Origin: Paramoeba atlantica
Taxonomy: Eukaryota > Protista > Discosea
NCBI GenBank assembly: GCA_977017575.1
Contig: CDRNVI010000029.1
Location: 248,001 to 312,000 of the forward strand
Direction: 5' to 3'
Length of the DNA stretch: 64,000 nt
The translations under genes and the position numbers were made by a program. Under the pieces are notes generated by a model. That model worked only from the letters and a program-made list of their open reading frames with translations, was not told the DNA's origin and made no database searches. Each line of letters starts with the position of its first letter. The stretch's first letter is position 1. Of this stretch, positions 10,981 to 19,018 are shown piece after piece.

Positions 10981-12309
10981 ATGCGTGAAATCGTCTCGAT
11001 ACAGGCCGGCCAGTGTGGAAATCAAATTGGTTCTAAGTTTTGGGAAGTGATATGCGATGAGCACAGCGTCGACCCGTCAGGCACGTATGTGGGTGACAAT
11101 GATCGTCAGTTGGAGCGCATTAATGTGTACTTCAACGAAGCGACCGGAGGTCGATATGTTCCGCGTGCCGTGCTGATGGATCTGGAACCTGGTACAATGG
11201 ACAGCGTTCGGGCTGGTCCGTATGGTCAAATCTTCCGCCCGGACAACTTTGTGTTTGGTCAGACTGGGGCCGGGAATAACTGGGCTAAGGGGCACTACAC
11301 GGAGGGTGCTGAGCTCATTGATAGCGTACTGGATGTTTGCCGCAAAGAGGCTGAAAGCTGTGACTGCCTGCAGGGATTTCAAATCTCACACTCCCTTGGT
11401 GGTGGGACAGGTTCAGGTACCGGAACTTTGTTGATTTCCAAGCTCCGTGAGGAGTACCCGGACCGCATGATGCTCACATTTAGCGTGATTCCTTCGCCCA
11501 AAGTGTCTGACACCGTCGTGGAACCCTACAACACAACTCTTTCGGTGCACCAACTCGTAGAGAACTCGGATGAATGTCTGTGCATTGACAATGAAGCGCT
11601 GTATGACATTTGCTTTCGTACCTTGAAGTTGACGACTCCCACGTTTGGTGACCTGAATCATCTTGTGTCTGCGGTGATGTCCGGTGTGACGTGCTGTTTA
11701 CGCTTTCCGGGACAGCTGAACTCCGACCTTCGCAAACTTGCGGTGAACCTGGTTCCATTTCCTCGCCTGCACTTCTTCATGGTCGGGTTTGCCCCCCTGA
11801 CTTCTCGTGGCTCTCAGCAGTATCGCACATTTACTGTTCCTGAGTTAACGCAGCAAATGTTTGACTACAAGAACATGATGTGTGCCGCGGACCCGCGACA
11901 CGGACGCTATCTCACTGCATCCGCCCTGTTCCGTGGACGTCTCTCCACGAAGGAGGTTGATGAGCAGATGTTGAACGTGCAGAACAAGAACAGCTCGTAC
12001 TTCATCGAGTGGATCCCGAACAACATCAAGAGCTCTGTGTGTGACGTCCCTCCGAAGGGGTTGAAGATGACGGTGACCTTTATCGGGAACAACACTTGCA
12101 TCCAAGAAATGTTCCGTCGCGTGGCGGAGCAGTTCACTGCAATGTTTCGGCGAAAGGCTTTTCTTCACTGGTACACCGGAGAAGGGATGGATGAGATGGA
12201 ATTCACGGAAGCGGAAAGCAACATGAACGACCTTGTGGCAGAATACCAACAATACCAGGATGCCGGGATCGAGGAGGAAGAACTCATTGACGAGCCGATG
12301 GCTGAATAA
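10981..12309 (+). CDS. TUBB: Beta-tubulin, copy 2 (C-terminus ...DEPMAE)
   Basis: Identical to copy 1 except that it lacks the last two residues. Confidence 0.99.
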   Translation: MREIVSIQAGQCGNQIGSKFWEVICDEHSVDPSGTYVGDNDRQLERINVYFNEATGGRYVPRAVLMDLEPGTMDSVRAGPYGQIFRPDNFVFGQTGAGNNWAKGHYTEGAELIDSVLDVCRKEAESCDCLQGFQISHSLGGGTGSGTGTLLISKLREEYPDRMMLTFSVIPSPKVSDTVVEPYNTTLSVHQLVENSDECLCIDNEALYDICFRTLKLTTPTFGDLNHLVSAVMSGVTCCLRFPGQLNSDLRKLAVNLVPFPRLHFFMVGFAPLTSRGSQQYRTFTVPELTQQMFDYKNMMCAADPRHGRYLTASALFRGRLSTKEVDEQMLNVQNKNSSYFIEWIPNNIKSSVCDVPPKGLKMTVTFIGNNTCIQEMFRRVAEQFTAMFRRKAFLHWYTGEGMDEMEFTEAESNMNDLVAEYQQYQDAGIEEEELIDEPMAE

Positions 12310-13407
12310 CATTAAAGAAAAGGAAGGTTGTAATTGATCGCTGAAGTGTTTGTTATGTAGTTCACAGTATTTTTGAAGTATGTAAAAAATAGTAGTTCAT
12401 GTTGCTATATATCACGGTAGATTTGTACTAAGTATTTTATGTTTAATTTGCATGGGTAGAAAAAATACTTTTTTAACTTTGTTTTGTGTAATTTATTTCG
12501 TGGCTCACAAGTTGGACATAGACGTATTGCGTGAATTTATTCATTTGTTTTTTATACTGATGTCATCGCGAAAGAAGGAAAGGGAACGTCATGATTAAAT
12601 TTTATAGTTATAAAGCGTACTTTATTTACTGTGTGCGCTGCTTTGCCGCATACACAGTTTCAGTGCACGCTGTTTTTATCATCTTTTCGGACTATGTTTT
12701 TTCTCCTCTCTACGTATTGTTGTCGTGTACATGTTGTCTTGAATGTTTTTCTTGTTTCTTTATCTGCGCATCTTTAGTACTTTCTTGGTAAGACCTACAT
12801 GTATCTTTCCACTCCTGCCTTCTTCACTCCTGCCTTCACGATGTCCTCCTTACGTGTTCAGTCGGGAAATAATTTTATCGGAGTTTGTTGAGTACGGAGA
12901 GCCGTCGATAGGGAATATTGGTTGTTGCGATCACAGAAGGAAAGACATGGCTCCAGGATCCCTGTATGGTTCGAGCCGAGCCCGGTTCAGACTTTCTTAG
13001 GTTCAGACTTTTGAAGGCCAGCGCATGCATGGCTTAAAACTTTAAATGTCATTTGTAATGATTCTCGCCATAGGTGTGCGAAATGTTGCAGCAATGTTGG
13101 CCATTTAGGTGAAAGAGCTGCTGCAAGGCACACGAAGTACCTTTGGTTCATAAACGTGTCGAGGGGTTCATTTCTGAATTCGAGGATGGGGGTTGCCGTG
13201 CTTCAACGGGGTGAAGTCTTTGCGCAATGTGCGCGGGAATCCTAATGGGAATCCAGGGGGCCTAGTTGCACGAGAAGACTTGGAGAGGCGTCCCATAAGA
13301 ATGCAAGTTGCAAATAAAAAAGGGACCGCAACTATTATAATCTATAACTTATACTATTATAGTCTATAACTCCATGTACTTAAACAAGAATTACGTTGTA
13401 CATACTT

Positions 13408-13436
13408 ACAACGGTGTTCCGTGTTCCATGGAACCA
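13408..13436 (+). repeat. Dispersed motif with 12-bp palindrome GTTCCATGGAAC; inverted copy at 59458-59505
   Basis: ACAACGGTGTTCCGTGTTCCATGGAACCA is the reverse complement of 59458-59500 apart from a 14-bp insertion in the latter. Confidence 0.85.
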
Positions 13437-13590
13437 AAAACTATGGCTAAAAATACCGAGAAGTGCGCCCATTTTCTGTTTTTAAAGTTTTTCATTATTT
13501 CAAAAACAAATTTACTCTAATACAACTTATACACGTACATGTACTGTATGTCTACAGTACACTCCGACCTCCATTAAGTGTCCACGGAAA

Positions 13591-14115
13591 GGGGGGACTC
13601 GTTTATTGTTAACAATTTTTTCGAGCATTTTTTGCTAACAATAATCGAAATTTTACCCCCCAATGTTAACATTATACGAGTTGCAATGAAAGTTCGAATA
13701 TTATTAACAATGAGGAGTATTTGGGCACTCTCTGGAGGTCGCTGAAGGTCACTGGCAATCGCCGGAGCTACTACAAACGACTCTCTAATGTCACCTTTTT
13801 AGGGAACTACGCAGTTTTCAATTGCTATACAGTTTCATCCAAAACTGAGTTATGCGAATCGAAGTGCGATGTCGGGTGAGGTACCGTTTACTTGCCTTCT
13901 CAACGTTTTATCTCTGGAGGCTGCCATCGTCGGGCGACTGAAAGTCTGTTGTTTCAATAACATTATTTCGCATATCATTAAGCGCATCATTTTCCTTATC
14001 ATGAACGCTATAAAGCATGACCATCGGGAACAAAAAAATTCAAAAGTCACACGAAAAAACCGAAATTAATTCATTGTTAACAATAATCGAATGTTAATAA
14101 TAAACGAGTCCCCCC
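13591..14115. mobile_element. Non-autonomous TIR element (MITE-like, 525 bp), superfamily uncertain
   Basis: Left end GGGGGGACTCGTTTATTGTTAACA and right end TGTTAATAATAAACGAGTCCCCCC match 23/24. Subterminal (T)GTTAACAAT-like repeats at both ends. TTAA on the right flank only. Confidence 0.8.
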
Positions 14116-14302
14116 TTAAGTTTAATATTCATAAAAAGTAATAGAAAGGAGAGTAAACCCCTTGTACATTACTTATTAATTTACATGAAGGTCTGCGGGT
14201 GAGGCCCAAATCATCAGTCGAGATCATCTTCGAGTCCCCTCACATAGTGCTTTTTCACATGTGCGTCAAGACCTTTTTTCCATTCTATTCACGATTCTCT
14301 TC

Positions 14303-14374
14303 AGGATGACACAGAGACTATTATTTTCGTAGACCTGTTTTGAAGAACACATGAAAATCCATGGTCTCGACTGA
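14303..14374 (+). ncRNA. Box C/D snoRNA, U25(SNORD25)/snR56-like, copy A (intact guide)
   Basis: C box AGGATGA, D' TTGA 14340-14343, C'-like ATGA, D CTGA 14371-14374. Guide TCGTAGACCTGTT (14327-14339) pairs over 13 bp (2 G.U) with the conserved SSU rRNA AACAGGUCUGUGA. The D'+5 base (C14335) pairs with the G methylated by U25/snR56. Confidence 0.7.
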
Positions 14375-14466
14375 TTTTAAGTAGAATACATTAATAATCA
14401 TTTAAATCAAAACAGTTTTTTTTGTAAATTTTTTGAACGCCTAAAAATTGTAGTCCTATACTGTTA

Positions 14467-15583
14467 GAGGGCTGAAACATCCCCACCCGCACCCACCCGC
14501 ACCCACCCGCACCCAGTGCATCTTCAACGGCAAAGACTTAGCAAAATTTGGGAGATCCAGAAGGAACACGTTCGGGGTACTACTCCCCGAGAGGGATGAC
14601 CTTTTTTCAGTCAATGTGTACGAGTGCTTCACCATACGCGTTTTCTTTGCAGAATGCAGCCCAAAAGAAAGTGCGAGCTGTGCAGACTAAATGCCTTTCA
14701 CAAAATGAACTTTATATCCTTACATTAACATAATTTAAGAAAATAATTTGGCGTTGTCCTTTTTTTTCGCGCGCTAGATCCTTCTTTCTCTGCTTTGACT
14801 TTATTTGCTTCAAAGCGCTCTCCTGAGCTCGCTTCTGACGCATCTCTGCCTGCGTCAATTTTGTGTACGTCTTACTTCCTTTGCGTCCGTGAGAAGGGCT
14901 TTTTCCAATTTTTGTGATACCACTGCGCTGTAAATCTTGTTTTACCTCTTCTCGGTACTCTCGTATAGCATCTTTATCTTTTTCGTCACCTTTCTGAAAA
15001 TGACAAGAGCAAAAGTCTCGAGAAGCCCATTCTCTAACGACGGAATGCGTTGAATCCGAAGATTCTACGGAGTCGTCGTACAGTGTCACCTGGTGAACTT
15101 TCCAGTGCGTACACTCTGCATTCCAGAGCAACCCGAAAGTCTTTCGGGGGCAAATTGGGCACTGTTTCGTTCCTTCTGAGTCATCTTCAGATACTCCAAA
15201 CCTCTCCTCTCTTCTCAAAGGAATGTGGAGCACCTTCTTTAAGGTGTGTTGCACCCAATTTCGTAATCGATCAAAAATTTCCGAGTCTGCATGTCCGTAG
15301 GAACACGCCTCTACCTCACTATCCTTGGAGGGCAAATCGTCTATACGGAATACGTTTGAAAAAAGCATCGTAGTAAAACGGTATTCGAGAAAAGATAAAA
15401 GAGATAAAATATGAAATATTTTATTATTTGCGTCCCTATAAAAAAATTTATGAGATATTATAAGTTTGCCAATATCTAGGTATTGAGAAAAAATAAAAGA
15501 GGAAAAATATATAGAAAATTCACCCCTCCCCTAACTCAGCCGCACCCGGGCGCACCCAGACGCACCCACCTGTTTCAACGCTC
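14467..15583. mobile_element. PIF/Harbinger-like TIR element (1117 bp) with TTA TSD
   Basis: TTA|GAGGGCTGAAACA ... TGTTTCAACGCTC|TTA (TIR 11/13). Three CCGCACCC repeats with 10-bp period lie just inside each end. Confidence 0.75.
14712..15368 (-). CDS. 218-aa orphan ORF inside the Harbinger-like element (Cys/His cluster, basic C-terminus)
   Basis: ATG-initiated and stop-free, with CPIC, ECTH and FCSCH and a K/R-rich tail. It is the only long minus-strand ORF not shadowing a + gene or an identified TE protein. Confidence 0.5.
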   Translation of the reverse strand: MLFSNVFRIDDLPSKDSEVEACSYGHADSEIFDRLRNWVQHTLKKVLHIPLRREERFGVSEDDSEGTKQCPICPRKTFGLLWNAECTHWKVHQVTLYDDSVESSDSTHSVVREWASRDFCSCHFQKGDEKDKDAIREYREEVKQDLQRSGITKIGKSPSHGRKGSKTYTKLTQAEMRQKRAQESALKQIKSKQRKKDLAREKKGQRQIIFLNYVNVRI

Positions 15584-15975
15584 TTACACCCCGCTGATTT
15601 ATCGTCAAATCTGGATTTTTGACTTTTTGGAAAATGAATAAGTCAAGGGGGTTGGAATCGTTCCCCTCCTTGACATATCCTCCTGGTTAAATTGTATAAA
15701 AGAAATTAACTTACTGATGGTATGGGTTCCTATTTCTTCGAAATGTACTGCATGAGTAAAATGTTTTCCTCCGTTCCAGTCAGAGTAGCAGAATTATTGA
15801 TAATTTTTTCTGACTTTTTTCCAACTTTTTCAGTACGCATCACGGTTCGTAGTTTCAGTCATCTTATTTTCAATCTTATATTCATCTTATTTTCAATCTT
15901 TTCACATGCCGAAAAGCGTTGATCAATTATTCGAGTAATAGTTTGTGCATAACCCTGCAAATTCTATTTATTGGT

Positions 15976-16650
15976 TAACCGCATCGAAACCGCACCGAAA
16001 CCGCGGTTTGCAAATCAAGAAGAGGCCCCTTTTAGGACTAGAAGTACAAGGGAATTTTTGATTTATAGGGAAGAAAGTTTGGCGACGGGCATTGTACGTT
16101 CATATTTATTAACTAGTTTCTATATTTGCGCAGAACATCATAGACTTAACTACTTTATATTAAGTACCTATATAATAGAGTGAACTGTGGGGTTGCTGAT
16201 CCAATGCATTCTCGTCGAGAATGGCTTACAGAGCACATAGATCAGGATATACTCCAAAACCGCCACTCAAAAATGCAAAGTAGATTATCTCATTATTCTT
16301 TGTAACAGTATTCTTTGTAACAGTATTCTTTGTAACAGTATTCTTTGTAACAGTATTCTTTGTAACAGTATTCTTTGTAACAGTATTCTTTGTAACAGTA
16401 TTCTTTGTAACAGTATTCTTTGTAACAGTATCATCTTTTGTGCTCAGTAGAAACATTTTTGCAGAAAAAAACAGTCTAAATATGCATGAAACTTTGGATC
16501 CATGTTCTACATCCGCTGTTGTCGTCCCCACCACTTCTACGCTTGTCATCCTTCACCCCTTGGATCTTCACCTTGTCAGGTACTCTTAAACCGCACCGAA
16601 ACCGTACCGAAACCGTACTGAAACCGCACCGAAACACCACCCGCAGCCCC
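15976..16650. mobile_element. Candidate truncated TIR element with 11-bp AAACCG(C/T)ACCG subterminal repeats
   Basis: Repeat clusters at 15976-16005 and 16588-16635. The right end ...CCCGCAGCCCC|TAA resembles a Harbinger terminus. No matching left TIR found. Confidence 0.4.
16296..16430. repeat. Perfect minisatellite, 9 x 15 bp (TTCTTTGTAACAGTA)
   Basis: Nine identical units; they read (TKNTV)n on the minus strand within ORF 16226-16549. Confidence 0.98.
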
Positions 16651-16751
16651 TAATATATTTATGTTGCGCATAGAAAACAAAAAGAATCTCTTCTCACAGG
16701 TTTGCTGTACGCTCCTTGAGGCTCCTCTTAATAATTTGCCTTCTTATAATA

Positions 16752-17859
16752 CTGTACCCCCGCTACTTAATTGTCACCCCTCTACCCCCCCCCCCCCCCC
16801 TATTTAATTGTCCTTTTTGACAGAGCCTTGGGCACAAGGCGCCGCGAAGCGGCGCCATTTTTTTTATATTTTCATTTTTTCATTTTCTAGTGTAATGTGA
16901 TACGAGCACCTACCTATGAGCACCTACCTACGAGCACCTTATTACATCTTGTTACACAATATTTGGCTCATTTTTTTCAAAAAAATCCAAAAATCCAAAT
17001 CATTCCGGATTACTCCGGACGGTCGCTGGCAAGCCAGACCCTTCACAGACAGATTTGGAAGTTCCGAGGCCGACGTCCTCTACCAGTTTCCGCTTGTACA
17101 AAAAAACAGCACCAAAGTGCTGTTACCAAAACGTTGCGTCGACAAATTGTACGTCAACACGGCTCACCCAAGAGGTGTGATCCGGGGTAGGGAGCTGGTT
17201 CCCTGAGGGGAGGGTCCGGGACGGTCCTCCAAGTACTGGGCTTAGTCGGTTCTAAGCCCATCCTCTTAGAGTGATTCCGCCGGGAATTAAGCGATGAGCG
17301 GGTTTGAACTCGCCGTCTGAGCACCATGTGCTTCAAACTTTGAGTTCTTGCCGCTCCGCCACCTCCGCTTTCCCATTTTTGCACTGATCCCAATCCCTTT
17401 CATCTCTTCCCCTACCGGAAAATGGTAACCCTTCAGTTGACTTCCATTCATCTTTCTCTCTTCCGGAAAACGTTAATGCTCCCGGTGATTACCCTTCATC
17501 TCTCCCCTTTCCTGGGAATGGCAACCTTCCCTCAGAGGCCTATTCATCGGACACGGGAACTACCTCAAATGAACAACGGGTTACTGGTCCTCTGGGGCGT
17601 TGGGTGAGAATACGGCCTCCTGTCCCTCGGGTAGGGCCTCTAGAAAATCCTCTAGTGGTGCCCATCGTGAATTTTTTAGTGTCTCCGTTGGACCTACGCT
17701 TACATAAGAACGATAATAGCGGTTGGTAGAATAGAGTACAACATGCGGCGCGAAGCAGCGCAAAATTTCTTTCCCCTACTTTCTTCAAATTTTGCACCCC
17801 CCTATTTAATTGTCCTTTTTCCCGAAAAGCGGTGACAATTAAGTAGGGGGGGGGTACAG
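16752..17859. mobile_element. Tc1/mariner-superfamily (pogo-like) non-autonomous element, 1108 bp, TA TSD
   Basis: TA|CTGTACCCCCGCTACTTAATTGTCACC ... GGTGACAATTAAGTAGGGGGGGGGTACAG|TA. Internal direct copies of CTATTTAATTGTCC. The empty site is visible in the paralogous repeat at 61791-61830. Confidence 0.92.
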
Positions 17860-17925
17860 TAATAGAAACTACTACTAATTTCTATTACAAAAATTATTAC
17901 GGCTGCTATGGTTCCACTTTCTTTC

Positions 17926-17999
17926 CTGATGACGCACAGACTAGATTATATTCGTAGACCTTTTTTGAAGAACACATGAAAATCTGGTGTCCCGACTGA
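17926..17999 (+). ncRNA. U25/snR56-like C/D snoRNA, copy B (G>T change in guide)
   Basis: CTGATGA...TTCGTAGACCTTTT TTGA...CATGA...CTGA, with the same box spacing as copy A. Confidence 0.6.
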
Positions 18000-18284
18000 T
18001 AGATTTGATATCTTTTTGTGTTGGCAAAATTGCATTAGCAAATAAAAATGTCAGCACATTCATTACCGTTACCCCCCTTAGATATCCTAGGACGCTACTT
18101 ATACTCTTTTGTGATGAAACCTCTGGGTCTCAGCTTTTCGTTACAACTTACAAGTAGAGTGTAAATACAAGTAGGGGAATATCCACGTAACCATGTACTC
18201 TACGCGAAATTATTATTATTTATTGCAATGTACTATTTTTGTTTTTGGTTCGAAGCGGAACTATATTTTACTGTAAGTAGTAAC

Positions 18285-18764
18285 ATGACTTCAGAGTTCC
18301 AACACACTGATTCAAATCGCGACGATATTTTAATTTTTCATGAAGCCTTGAAGGCTCAAGAACAAGACGATATTGAAGTGGACTTTGCATTACACGAAAA
18401 GGTGAATATTGAAGTGATTTCAAATACAGAGGGAAACCCACCAAACGGTAGTGAGCAAGGGAAAACTGCTGCGAGTGTTCTACGAAGGACGCCGACAACA
18501 ATTATTCACTTTAATCATGAGGATCACACATTAGGAAATATACTTCGTCATGCTCTTCACAGCCGTGTAGATGTCAATATTGCGGGCTATGTTATTCCAC
18601 ATCCTTTACAGCCGATGATGAAACTCCAGGTTCAAAGCGAAAAATATGGCCCTCAATTAGTCGCTGATGAGTTGGAAAAAATTGCTTCTCTGTGCGAAGA
18701 TTCTTGTAACGAATTTGAACTTGCGCTCAAAATATTTAGTTTAGGGATCAGCGAACAAGCCTAA
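18285..18764 (+). CDS. RPC19: RNA polymerase I/III shared subunit AC19 (RPB11/RPC19 family)
   Basis: FNHEDHTLGNILRHAL...AGYVIPHPL...LQVQS. The ATG at 18285 is preferred over the AT-rich upstream extension. RPB11 is the alternative assignment. Confidence 0.75.
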   Translation: MTSEFQHTDSNRDDILIFHEALKAQEQDDIEVDFALHEKVNIEVISNTEGNPPNGSEQGKTAASVLRRTPTTIIHFNHEDHTLGNILRHALHSRVDVNIAGYVIPHPLQPMMKLQVQSEKYGPQLVADELEKIASLCEDSCNEFELALKIFSLGISEQA

Positions 18765-19018
18765 TTCTAAGAACATGTAATGCTCTAAATTGTCTATACA
18801 TCTGTATTTTCAATTATTTATTTACATATAAATGGAGCTGACGTGGTTTAAGTATTCCGAAAAGCTTGGAAATGCTGACTTCGACTATACGTAACTCTGC
18901 GAGAGCACTTCATTTTGACTCCCTACCATGTTTTTATGCCCACCCATGTATGTTTAAGGCCTCAAGCTAAGAAAGATTGAGTATTGTTAGACTTTAAATT
19001 TGCATTACTATCAAACTT

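Larger units (their letters stand above)
16655..18129 (+). repeat. About 370-bp dispersed repeat, copy A, split by the 1.1-kb TA-inserted element
   Basis: 16655-16751 plus 17862-18129 are colinear with 60906-60988 plus 61782-62069. About 92% identity over the 3' 268 bp by manual alignment. Confidence 0.92.

Noticed and set aside
12968-12977. tRNA T-loop/B-box-like GGTTCGAGCC
   Set aside because: No cloverleaf, acceptor stem or A-box at the proper distance.
16296-16430. CRISPR-like array
   Set aside because: The units are contiguous with no spacers, the context is eukaryotic and there are no cas genes.
18111-18135. Second box C (GTGATGA) at the end of the dispersed repeat
   Set aside because: No downstream CTGA within range in either copy, and similarity between copies ends 12 nt later.
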